Shown here: piece by piece, positions 14,046 to 25,800 of the stretch
How positions within the stretch are numbered: position 1 is the first letter of the stretch
Layout: every line of letters begins with the position of its first letter
Notes under the pieces: model-generated
Told to the model about the DNA's origin: nothing
Databases searched by the model: none
The model's input: the letters and a program-made list of their open reading frames with translations, nothing else
NCBI GenBank assembly: GCA_002269645.1
Contig: NIVC01001737.1
Span: 1-64,000, forward strand
DNA from: Macrostomum lignano
Lineage: Eukaryota
Direction: 5' to 3'
DNA: 64,000 bases
Position numbers and translations under genes: made by a program

Positions 14046-14624
14046 TATTCACTAGAAATGATAAGCTAAGCAAAGGCGAGCCAACGCAAAGCTGTAACGT
14101 CAGTCTCCCATTCCCAAAGCTCTATATCGACAATCGTTAATCCAGTTCTTAAGGCCGAATCGGCACCCAAAGCCGACAAAGAGATGCAAATAGAGCAGAA
14201 AATAAGTTGGACTTGCTTAGCCAGTGCACTCCATTAGAGCAGTCAGAATGATTGAGCAAAGTTTGAGCACTTGAGTCGTTTCTCATGTCCCGCATTTGAT
14301 TTGCATGCAAAATTTAACGCGAACCGCAGCACAGCCGCTTCCAGCCCAGCCCTTTCATTGAAAAGAAGCAAAGTTCCAGAGGCTGCTAGAAGAAGGAGAG
14401 CTATTATTGATCGACTGTGAAATGACCGCTTTGCGCTATCATGATTAATAGCCTACTGGAGTTGACACATGAGAATAAATTTAGCGCAGTGCAAGTGCAA
14501 CAGCGTGGGGATGAGTTGATGCGAAAGGCAATAACTGTAATTTCGAATGGTTGAGATCAGACCAAGATTGTTCTGGAATTGCGATGTCTTGATGTGGCGC
14601 TGTATTGGGAGTAGCGCCATCTTG

Positions 14625-15120
14625 GAGAGGTGTGGCACTGTCTGGAAGAGGTGTGGCACTGTCTGGAGGAGGTGTGGCACTGTCTGGAAGAGGTGTGGCA
14701 CTGTCTGTAAGAGGTGTGGCACTGTCTAGAAGAGGTGTGGCACTGTCTAGAAGAGGTGTGGCACTGTCTAGAAGAGGTGTGGCACTGTCTAGAAGAGGTG
14801 TGGCACTGTCTAGAAGAGGTGTGGCACTGTCTAGAAGAGGTGTGGCACTGTCTAGAAGAGGTGTGGCACTGTCTAGAAGAGGTGTGGCACTGTCTAGAAG
14901 AGGTGTGGCACTGTCTAGAAGAGGTGTGGCACTGTCTAGAAGAGGTGTGGCACTGTCTGGAAGAGGTGTGGCACTGTCTGGAAGAGGTGTGGCACTGTCT
15001 AGAAGAGGTGTGGCACTGTCTAGAAGAGGTGTGGCACTGTCTAGAAGAGGTGTGGCACTGTCTAGAAGAGGTGTGGCACTGTCTAGAAGAGGTGTGGCAC
15101 TGTCTAACGAGTGTGGCACT
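14625..15120. repeat. 21-bp minisatellite GAAGAGGTGTGGCACTGTCTA
   Basis: Direct reading. Confidence 0.96.
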
Positions 15121-16894
15121 GCCTGGGTGTGGAACTGTCTGGGGGAGGGGAGTGGCTTGGTGGGGAAGGGTTGTGGCGCTGTCTTGCCCTATAGCCCACT
15201 CCCCCCTGATGACATCAAAGACTGCAAGACAATTAAAGTATTACTTATTGCTGGTCGATAGTATATTTTGTTTATTTTTTGTAACAGCAAGAGGCATTTC
15301 AGAAATGAATGACGCCAAAATTTGTTTACAAAGAGATCGACTGAGTGTACGACAATAGCCAAAAAAGTATTAAACCATGACGAGACGGACCAACACTAGC
15401 TGGGAGACAGTGAGCAGGGAAACTTAATGAATTATTAAGGAGGAGCCACAAGTGAGAGGTCAAATGAAAAATGAGATTACAGGACATCACCAACATACGG
15501 TAGGCATCGAACGGAAATGGACTAAAAAGCACGATAAGATAGAGAAATGTAAATGCTATAATTATTTGCAATTCAAAGAAACACAAGCGTACAAGTACGA
15601 TAAAGCAAGTGCTTACTATTATCAGGCAGATAAAAATGAATTGACTTCTAATTGATTTAAACTTTCAATTCGACCCAGTGCAGAACAGTTTTGTTCAAAT
15701 TTTATTGACAGAAAATTCAAGAATTTAATTAAAGTTCTTTTAATAGTACACAATTGGAACTATTTCAATCACTTTGTCTAAATTTTTATGACAAGGACTT
15801 AATTTTCAAATCTCAACTGCCTTCTCACTAGTTTGTTATAGCTTCGTTTCGTTGAAAACAATACGGATAATTTGAATATAAACATCGAGGTAGCTAGTAG
15901 TTGATGCCATTAACAGTTATATTACATTAGCAATTTTATATGGAAAATATTTTTGTGCAGACTTGTTTAAAGACGAGCAACTGCAATGCAATGATTGAAT
16001 GGGCTAACAATTGATGAAAAATGGTACACATTAGCGCAAGAAATACAAAAAACACTGATTCGTACAAATTGCCTACTGAGGTAACATGTTTCAGGCCTTA
16101 CCCATTGACGACTTGTAAACGCAATTTTACAAGTTAAAATAATTAAGAAAAGCGTAAATATAAAAAACGACGATATTTTGCAGCGCATTCACTGGCTGCC
16201 TGTCATAATAATGACAAAAATGTTGTGCTAATCTGTACACAGAAACTGAATGCGGTAGTTTAGAAAAAAAATAATATTCAGATCGAATAAGTCCGGTGCG
16301 AATGGCAATATGAGGCACTAGATGAAAATGGCGTGACAAAATAGCATAATTTGATTGACAAAGCAGTTATGCTTTTAATACTAAAACAGTATTTCCTGTC
16401 CATGGTTGAATTCTTGGACAAGAAAATTTACCGGATAGAATTTTAGGGACGAAAGCGTGAGACAGTGCTCGGACGAGCGAGCAATTTCGGAGATTTCAAC
16501 GAGAATTCAAATTCAGAGACTCTGGATTCTGGCGGTCGCTTTTCATAAAAGTACATTGAAGTAAGAGTGTCTGCGCAAGTTTTTGCCGCGGAATGATCCC
16601 GAATGATTTTTTAATTTGTTTTAGTACACTGCAATTTATTATTTAAAAAGCTGTGACCGCACGGCCCAATAGCAAAGCTACATCTAGAGACCTGCGATAC
16701 GCGGATGTATCCTCTGGTTTGGGAGAAATTTTCTCGACTTTTGGCATTGATTTTGTAAAAAATGGAGGCTTATCGCTGTTCCGCTTAAGGCTATACTTGC
16801 GATATGATTCACTGACTAGATTATGCGAGCCGCCTGTGACAGGAAAATAAAAACTATCAATATATATATATATAAAGCTTTCCCACACCATTTC

Positions 16895-17398
16895 TTAACG
16901 AACTGGTGGCCCACTTCGGTCAATCGGCAATTCGTTACACCTCAGATCGAAATAGAATGAGGGAAAGTCTGCGTACTTTTGTAGAAGCTGTTCGAAGTCG
17001 GCTCTGTTAACCAGACTTCGATGGCGAGCTGCGTGGCGGTGACGAAGTCGCCGCTGTCGCCTCTGTCGCCGCTGTCTGCGTCTTCGCACCCGGGAGGAAC
17101 TGCTTTGCCGCGGCTCAGTTTCCGCTGATGCCGGCTGCGATTTGAGCACCTTACCGGCTGTTCGCTTCTGCTTTAGCAACAGAATAAACTTAGCCGCGTC
17201 AACAGTCTCGAGCTGCTTGAGCTTGTCCTTGAAGTAAAACGATCGCATCTCATCTCCCAGTTCATTCACGGCCATATCTTGCTTCAGTGCTGACAAAACT
17301 TGCTTCTTGACGCGGCGCCACAGACGCGCCTCCTGAATTGTTCGCATCGAAGGCAACGATACGTTGAGCTCGGTGCGGAATAAGTTGAGCACTTTCGG
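16895..17398 (-). CDS. fgf: FGF-like gene, coding exon 4 (terminal; basic tail)
   Basis: Acceptor cccacag|CCG AAA GTG, phase 0, matching the donor after AAG at 17744. Open to TAA at 16895 (PKVLNLF...RVRRRRQRRQRRQRRLRHRH...GPPVR*). An AATAAA lies at 16640-16635 on the minus strand. Confidence 0.7.
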   Translation of the reverse strand, partial: PKVLNLFRTELNVSLPSMRTIQEARLWRRVKKQVLSALKQDMAVNELGDEMRSFYFKDKLKQLETVDAAKFILLLKQKRTAGKVLKSQPASAETEPRQSSSSRVRRRRQRRQRRQRRLRHRHAARHRSLVNRADFEQLLQKYADFPSFYFDLRCNELPIDRSGPPVR

Positions 17399-17743
17399 CT
17401 GTGGGATAACAAATACGGTGTAAATTATATTCTTTTAGACAAGGGTTCAGTTGTTTTGTACGAGACAGCAGATCGCCCACAGCCCCTAAGAAGTTTTATC
17501 CCCTGAGCAACTCACAAAGGGTGTACAATGGCCCTGACTTTTCATGGTCAGGCTTGTGGGTTGGCCTTCATAGGCGAGAATTGCGAATTCCCTGGCTCAA
17601 GCCCCAAATTAATATGAGCGCAATTAAAACCAGTGACTTTGGTTCTCAGCGAGATTTTAACTCAAAAGTAAACTAATGATTCCTTAGGATGAATTTTTTG
17701 TAATTTAACAATTGTATCTAGTCGTATAATCAAAGTTTCACAC

Positions 17744-18607
17744 CTTCCGTCCTCCTTCGAAACCTGCTCGAACGCCGAGTTTGTCGCGAAAGAACTTCCT
17801 CAAATTACGCTGGTGCCGACGGAATCTTCGCTTGTGAGCTCGGACTTGGCTGCGCTGGCGAACTTTCCGGCAGAGAAGGCGCGAACTCGAGCGTCTGGAC
17901 TGCAGGTTCATTACCAAGTCCGCCACGGCAGCCGACTGAAAGGTCACTGCCAACTCTTCTCGAACACAGCGCCCTCGGTTGTACAGAAAATGGTAGGTCA
18001 CCTCCCTCAGGTAGCCGTTCAATGCCTTTTCCCCAGCTGCAATATCTGCGGTGGACAGGCCGGCTTGCTGAGCGCGACGCTTCAAAGCACGTCTCAGCTG
18101 GCGGAGTTGGCGCAGCACGCCAGACAAACGACGGCTTCGGTGGTTGATGACGGACTGGATCAGCGACTTCGCTCGGTTGCAGTCTTCGGGCGCGAATTTT
18201 TCGTTGACATGCTTGATAGCGGCTTGTACGAGAGTACTGTTGGACAGTTTCACCGACTTGTCACCGATTTTTAATGCTGCCGAGTGAGAAGCCGATGGGC
18301 TCGGCACTGCCGGTTGCTCGTCCGGAAAGTCGCCCAGATTGAACGCCGGCCGGTAGGGAACGGCGTGGAATCGAACCCGGGCCCCGCCGCGTAGTCTGCC
18401 GCCGCGAGCCGCGTGAGCCGCATTGGGTTTAAAGCCCAGGTACCAGCGAGTTCGGGTGGAGTTGCCACTACCGGTCTCGGAGACGTCCGGGTAGAAGGCC
18501 TGGTAGAAACTGAACTGCTGGTGCGCCTGGTCCGTTTTGGGCAGCTGTCTGGGTAGAATGAGGCCACGCCAGAGGCAATCCTCGGGCAGTTTCCCGTCTT
18601 GTTTCAT
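17744..18607 (-). CDS. fgf: FGF-like gene, coding exon 3 (C-terminal half of the FGF core plus tail)
   Basis: Acceptor aatccag|ATG AAA; KLPEDCLW and RWYLGFKPN...GRLRGG resemble FGF8 KGKDCVF and WYMAFTRKGRPRKG; candidate donor AAG|gtgtga. Confidence 0.8.
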
Positions 18608-18761
18608 CTGGATTACACGAGGGTGGGATATTCTAGGTCAGAATAGTAGTTTTCTGATGTACGCTCGTAGGTTAGAGAAGTGATAACGATGTTCAAGACG
18701 TGAAGGACGATGGTGAGTGATGTACTTCACTACTAATAATCAGTTCAGCAGACTCTCTTAC

Positions 18762-18925
18762 CACAGTGTGCACAAATCCCTCCGAGTTCATACAGATGTA
18801 GCGCTGATTAAAGTAGCCACGGATCAAGAATTTATACTCGTTGGGCGCCGGCGGAAACAGGAAGTCGATAGGAAGTCGGAGCTTGTCGTGCGTAACCGGG
18901 TCCAGCACCATTTGGATTTCCAAAG
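18762..18925 (-). CDS. fgf: FGF-like gene, coding exon 2
   Basis: ttgcag|CT TTG...ACT GTG|gtaaga. (A)LEIQMV...FLIRGYFNQRYICMNSEGFVHTV matches the FGF motif IRG....YICMNxxGxL. The phase 1/phase 0 boundaries sit at the canonical FGF intron positions. Confidence 0.88.
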
Positions 18926-19869
18926 CTGCAAGTTAGAAGCGAATTGTGAAATCCGGAAATAAGGCTGGTAACACAAATGCTGGCATAATTATGAGAGCAG
19001 AAATTGCAAAAATCCAATAGATTGATTGATGACCCGGCAGGTAAGCGGCATTGCCTGCCCCTCTCAGACAACCGGCCCTAACCCTGGATTCGAAAGGTTC
19101 CACTACCCCACCTGGTGCAAAAATTGTGCCAAAAATCGGCAAAGACAGAAAAGAAGATGATAAAGGGTAGATAAAACCCCGGATCTGTTGCCTGGAGGAT
19201 TATACGAAGCGCCAGTGACATAAGGGGTGAAGTATTGCGCGATCTTTTGAAGCAACTGTACCTGAGGTTGCCTACTGCCTACCAACACTAGGGCCGAGTT
19301 GGAGGTAACGGCGGCAGGTAAAAGTAATAAATCCAAAGTTGGAGAACCGTGGATTCGGGCTTGGCTATTAGGCCCTGACCTCTCAGCTACAGTCGGTTTT
19401 TCCGCCCTTCAATTTAGCACGGGGGTTCTTGTTTAGGCGCCAGCAAAAGGTTGGGAAACCCGATCTCTTTCATGCTTCCGAAACAAAGAAAAATGGTTGC
19501 CAACTAATAGATTCTTTCTATTGACTTATAAGTTCTTCCAGTTTCCGTTTTTCAGTTCTCTCTATAGTAGTCATCCAACCATTTTTGCTGCCGCTGAAGA
19601 AAGTAAACCGCCCACGCTTTCTGTCACCTCTTCATCGGCTATTAGATTGACAGACAACGCAGACAGACACATCCTGTTGATGCTTCATCAGTAGCAGTTT
19701 CTGCTTTGTCTGCAATTTGCTTAGTTCCCGCCCACGCAGAATCAGCGGGATAGAGATGATGCGGGACCCACCTCAGAGCTGGCTGCTGCTAGGACAAAAC
19801 AACTAAGACTACTGCGCGTGGGCTCCAATAGTCTTTGTTACTCTGTTGTTTCTACGAGTTTTTCTTGTA

Positions 19870-22800
19870 GTTTTAGTCCTCAACTTCCCGCAGTTCCAGT
19901 TCCAGTCCTCTACTTCCCTCAGTTCCAGTCCTCAACTTCCCGCAGTTCCAGTTCCAGTCCTCAACTTCCCGCAGTTCCAGTCCTCAACTTCCCGCAGTTC
20001 CAGTCCTCAACTTCCCGCAGTTCCAGTTCCAGTCCTCTACTATCCTCAGTTCCAGTTCCAGTCCTCTACTATCCTCAGTTCCAGTCCTCTACTATCCTCA
20101 GTTCCAGTCCTCTACTATACTCAGTTCCAGTCCTCTACTTCCCTCAGTTCCAGTCCTCTACTATACTCAGTTCCAGTCCTCTACTTCCCTCAGTTCCAGT
20201 CCTCTACTTCCATCAGTTCCAGTCCTCTACTTCCCTCAGTTCCAGTCCTCTACTATCCTCAGTTCCAGTCTCCAACTTCCGTCAGTTCTAGTCCTCTACT
20301 TCCCTCGGTTCCAGTCCTCTACTATCCTCAGTTCCAGTCCTCTACTATCCTCAGTTCCAGTCCTCTACTATCCTCAGTTCCAGTCCCCAACTTCCGTCAG
20401 TTCCAGTCCTCAACTATCCTCAGTTCCAGTCCTCTACTATCCTCAGTTCCAGTCCTCTACTTCCCTCAGTTCCAGTCCTCTACTTCCCTCAGTTCCAGTC
20501 CTCTACTATCCTCAGTTCCAGTCCTCTACTATCCTCAGTTCCAGTCCTCTACTATACTCAGTTCCAGTCCTCTACTTCCCTCAGTTCCAGTCCTCTACTT
20601 CCCTCAGTTCCAGTCCTCTACTATCCTCAGTTCCAGTCCTCTACTATCCTCAGTTCCAGTCCTCTACTATACTCAGTTCCAGTCCTCTACTTCCCTCAGT
20701 TCCAGTCCTCTACTATCCTCAGTTCCAGTCCTCTACTATACTCAGTTCCAGTCCTCTACTTCCCTCAGTTCCAGTCCTCTACTATCCTCAGTTCCAGTCC
20801 TCAGTTCCTCAGTTCCAGTCCTCTACTATCCTCAGTTCCAGTCCTCTACTTCCCTCAGTTCCAGTCCTCTACTATCCTCAGTTCCAGTCCTCTACTTCCC
20901 TCAGTTCCAGTCCTCTACTATCCTCAGTTCCAGTCCTCTACTATCCTCAGTTTCAGTCCTCTACTATACTCAGTTCCAGTCCTCTACTATCCTCAGTTCC
21001 AGTCATCTACTATCCTCAGTTTCAGTCCTCTACTATCCTCAGTTCCAGTCCCCAACTTCCGTCAGTTCCAGTCCTCTACTATCCTCAGTTCCAGTCCCCA
21101 ACTTCCCTCAGTTCCAGTTCTACTATCCTCAGTTCCAGTCCTCTACTATACTCAGTTCCAGTCCTCTACTATACTCAGTTCCAGTCCTCTACTATCCTCA
21201 GTTCCAGTCTCCAACTTCCGTCAGTTCCAGTCCTCTACTATCCTCAGTTCCAGTCCCCAACTTCCGTCAGTTCCAATCCTCTACTATCCTCAGTTCCAGT
21301 CCCCAACTTCCCTCAGTTCCAGTTCTACTATCCTCAGTTCCAGTCCTCTACTATCCTCAGTTCCAGTCCTCTACTATACTCAGTTCCAGTCCTCTACTTC
21401 CCTCAGTTCCAGTCCTCTACTTCCCTCAGTTCCAGTCCTCTACTATCCTCAGTTCCAGTCCTCTACTATCCTCAGTTCCAGTCCTCTACTATACTCAGTT
21501 CCAGTCCTCTACTTCCCTCAGTTCCAGTCCTCTACTATCCTCAGTTCCAGTCCTCTACTATCCTCAGTTCTAGTCCACAACTTCCGTCAATTCCAGTCCT
21601 CTACTATCCTCAGTTCCAGTCCTCTACTTCCCTCAGTTCCAGTCCTCTACTATCCTCAGTTCCAGTCCTCAGTTCCTCAGTTCCAGTCCTCTACTATCCT
21701 CAGTTCCAGTCCTCTACTTCCCTCAGTTCCAGTCCTCTACTATACTCAGTTCCAGTCCTCTACTTCCCTCAGTTCCAGTCCTCTACTATCCTCAGTTCCA
21801 GTCCTCTACTATCCTCAGTTTCAGTCCTCTACTATACTCAGTTCCAGTCCTCTACTATCCTCAGTTCCAGTCCTCTACTATCCTCAGTTCCAGTCCTCTA
21901 CTATCCTTAGTTCCAGTCCTCTACTATACTCAGTTCCAGTCCTCTACTTCCCTCAGTTCCAGTCCTCTACTATACTCAGTTCCAGTCCTCTACTTCCCGC
22001 AGTTCCAGTCCTCTACTTCCATCAGTTCCAGTCCTCTACTTCCCTCAGTTCCAGTCCTCTACTATCCTCAGTTCCAGTCTCCAACTTCCGTCAGTTCTAG
22101 TCCTCTACTTCCCTCGGTTCCAGTCCTCTACTATCCTCAGTTCCAGTCCTCTACTATCCTCAGTTCCAGTCCTCTACTATCCTCAGTTCCAGTCCCCAAC
22201 TTCCGTCAGTTCCAGTCCTCAACTATCCTCAGTTCCAGTCCTCTACTATCCTCAGTTCCAGTCCTCTACTTCCCTCAGTTCCAGTCCTCTACTTCCCTCA
22301 GTTCCAGTCCTCTACTATCCTCAGTTCCAGTCCTCTACTATCCTCAGTTCCAGTCCTCTACTATACTCAGTTCCAGTCCTCTACTTCCCTCAGTTCCAGT
22401 CCTCTACTTCCCTCAGTTCCAGTCCTCTACTATCCTCAGTTCCAGTCCTCTACTATCCTCAGTTCCAGTCCTCTACTATACTCAGTTCCAGTCCTCTACT
22501 ATCCTCAGTTCCAGTCCTCTACTATCCTCAGTTCCAGTCCTCTACTATACTCAGTTCCAGTCCTCTACTTCCCTCAGTTCCAGTCCTCTACTATCCTCAG
22601 TTCCAGTCCTCAGTTCCTCAGTTCCAGTCCTCTACTTCCCTCAGTTCCAGTCCTCTACTATCCTCAGTTCCAGTCCTCTACTTCCCTCAGTTCCAGTCCT
22701 CTACTATCCTCAGTTCCAGTCCTCTACTTCCCTCAGTTCCAGTCCTCTACTATCCTCAGTTCCAGTCCTCTACTTCCCTCAGTTCCAGTCCTCTACTATC

Positions 22801-25800
22801 CTCAGTTCCAGTCCTCTACTATCCTCAGTTTCAGTCCTCTACTATACTCAGTTCCAGTCCTCTACTATCCTCAGTTCCAGTCATCTACTATCCTCAGTTT
22901 CAGTCCTCTACTATCCTCAGTTCCAGTCCCCAACTTCCGTCAGTTCCAGTCCTCTACTATCCTCAGTTCCAGTCCCCAACTTCCCTCAGTTCCAGTTCTA
23001 CTATCCTCAGTTCCAGTCCTCTACTATACTCAGTTCCAGTCCCCAACTTCCCTCAGTTCCAGTCCCCAACTTCCCTCAGTTCCAGTTCTACTATCCTCAG
23101 TTCTAGTCCACAACTTCCGTCAATTCCAGTCCTCTACTATCCTCAGTTCCAGTCCTCTACTTCCCTCAGTTCCAGTCCTCTACTATCCTCAGTTCCAGTC
23201 CTCAGTTCCTCAGTTCCAGTCCTCTACTATCCTCAGTTCCAGTCCTCTACTTCCCTCAGTTCCAGTCCTCTACTATCCTCAGTTCCAGTCCTCTACTATC
23301 CTCAGTTCCAGTCCTCTACTATCCTCAGTTCCAGTCCTCTACTATCCTCAGTTTCAGTCCTCTACTATACTCAGTTCCAGTCCTCTACTATCCTCAGTTC
23401 CAGTCCTCTACTATCCTCAGTTCCAGTCCTCTACTATCCTTAGTTCCAGTCCTCTACTATACTCAGTTCCAGTCCTCTACTTCCCTCAGTTCCAGTCCTC
23501 TACTATACTCAGTTCCAGTCCTCTACTTCCCTCAGTTCCAGTCCTCTACTTCCATCAGTTCCAGTCCTCTACTTCCCTCAGTTCCAGTCCTCTACTATCC
23601 TCAGTTCCAGTCTCCAACTTCCGTCAGTTCTAGTCCTCTACTTCCCTCGTTCCAGTCCTCTACTATCCTCAGTTCCAGTCCTCTACTATCCTCAGTTCCA
23701 GTCCTCTACTATCCTCAGTTCCAGTCCCCAACTTCCGTCAGTTCCAGTCCTCAACTATCCTCAGTTCCAGTCCTCTACTATCCTCAGTTCCAGTCCTCTA
23801 CTTCCCTCAGTTCCAGTCCTCTACTTCCCTCAGTTCCAGTCCTCTACTATCCTCAGTTCCAGTCCTCTACTATCCTCAGTTCCAGTCCTCTACTATACTC
23901 AGTTCCAGTCCTCTACTTCCCTCAGTTCCAGTCCTCTACTTCCCTCAGTTCCAGTCCTCTACTATCCTCAGTTCCAGTCCTCTACTATCCTCAGTTCCAG
24001 TCCTCTACTATACTCAGTTCCAGTCCTCTACTTCCCTCAGTTCCAGTCCTCTACTATCCTCAGTTCCAGTCCTCTACTATACTCAGTTCCAGTCCTCTAC
24101 TTCCCTCAGTTCCAGTCCTCTACTATCCTCAGTTCCAGTCCTCAGTTCCTCAGTTCCAGTCCTCTACTTCCCTCAGTTCCAGTCCTCTACTATCCTCAGT
24201 TCCAGTCCTCTACTTCCCTCAGTTCCAGTCCTCTACTATCCTCAGTTCCAGTCCTCTACTTCCCTCAGTTCCAGTCCTCTACTATCCTCAGTTCCAGTCC
24301 TCTACTTCCTCAGTTCCAGTCCTCTACTATCCTCAGTTCCAGTCCTCTACTATCCTCAGTTTCAGTCCTCTACTATACTCAGTTCCAGTCCTCTACTATC
24401 CTCAGTTCCAGTCATCTACTATCCTCAGTTTCAGTCCTCTACTATCCTCAGTTCCAGTCCCCAACTTCCGTCAGTTCCAGTCCTCTACTATCCTCAGTTC
24501 CAGTCCCCAACTTCCCTCAGTTCCAGTTCTACTATCCTCAGTTCCAGTCCTCTACTATACTCAGTTCCAGTCCCCAACTTCCCTCAGTTCCAGTCCCAAC
24601 TTCCCTCAGTTCCAGTTCTACTATCCTCAGTTCTAGTCCACAACTTCCGTCAATTCCAGTCCTCTACTATCCTCAGTTCCAGTCCTCTACTTCCCTCAGT
24701 TCCAGTCCTCTACTATCCTCAGTTCCAGTCCTCAGTTCCTCAGTTCCAGTCCTCTACTATCCTCAGTTCCAGTCCTCTACTTCCCTCAGTTCCAGTCCTC
24801 TACTATCCTCAGTTCCAGTCCTCTACTTCCCTCAGTTCCAGTCCTCTACTATCCTCAGTTCCAGTCCTCTACTATCCTCAGTTTCAGTCCTCTACTATAC
24901 TCAGTTCCAGTCCTCTACTATCCTCAGTTCCAGTCATCTACTATCCTCAGTTTCAGTCCTCTACTATCCTCAGTTCCAGTCCCCAACTTCCGTCAGTTCC
25001 AGTCCTCTACTATCCTCAGTTCCAGTCCCCAACTTCCCTCAGTTCCAGTTCTACTATCCTCAGTTCCAGTCCTCTACTATACTCAGTTCCAGTCCCCAAC
25101 TTCCCTCAGTTCCAGTCCCCAACTTCCCTCAGTTCCAGTTCTACTATCCTCAGTTCCAGTCCTCTACTATACTCAGTTCCAGTCCTCTACTATACTCAGT
25201 TCCAGTCCTCTACTATCCTCAGTTCCAGTCTCCAACTTCCGTCAGTTCCAGTCCTCTACTATCCTCAGTTCCAGTCCCCAACTTCCGTCAGTTCCAATCC
25301 TCTACTATCCTCAGTTCCAGTCCCCAACTTCCCTCAGTTCCAGTTCTACTATCCTCAGTTCCAGTCCTCTACTATCCTCAGTTCCAGTCCTCTACTATAC
25401 TCAGTTCCAGTCCTCTACTTCCCTCAGTTCCAGTCCTCTACTTCCCTCAGTTCCAGTCCTCTACTATCCTCAGTTCCAGTCCTCTACTATCCTCAGTTCC
25501 AGTCCTCTACTATACTCAGTTCCAGTCCTCTACTTCCCTCAGTTCCAGTCCTCTACTATCCTCAGTTCCAGTCCTCTACTATCCTCAGTTCCAGTCCTCT
25601 ACTATCCTCAGTTCCAGTCCTCTACTATCCTCAGTTCTAGTCCACAACTTCCGTCAATTCCAGTCCTCTACTATCCTCAGTTCCAGTCCTCTACTTCCCT
25701 CAGTTCCAGTCCTCTACTATCCTCAGTTCCAGTCCTCAGTTCCTCAGTTCCAGTCCTCTACTATCCTCAGTTCCAGTCCTCTACTTCCCTCAGTTCCAGT

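Noticed and set aside
18365-18390. tRNA B-box-like GGTTCGATTCC (minus strand); similar GGTTCGAATCC at about 48712
   Set aside because: Both lie within protein-coding exons; no A box or cloverleaf.
18933-19694. Short ORFs just upstream of FGF exon 2 as an alternative exon 1
   Set aside because: No signal peptide with FGF-like strands and no convincing phase 1 donor; not formally excluded.
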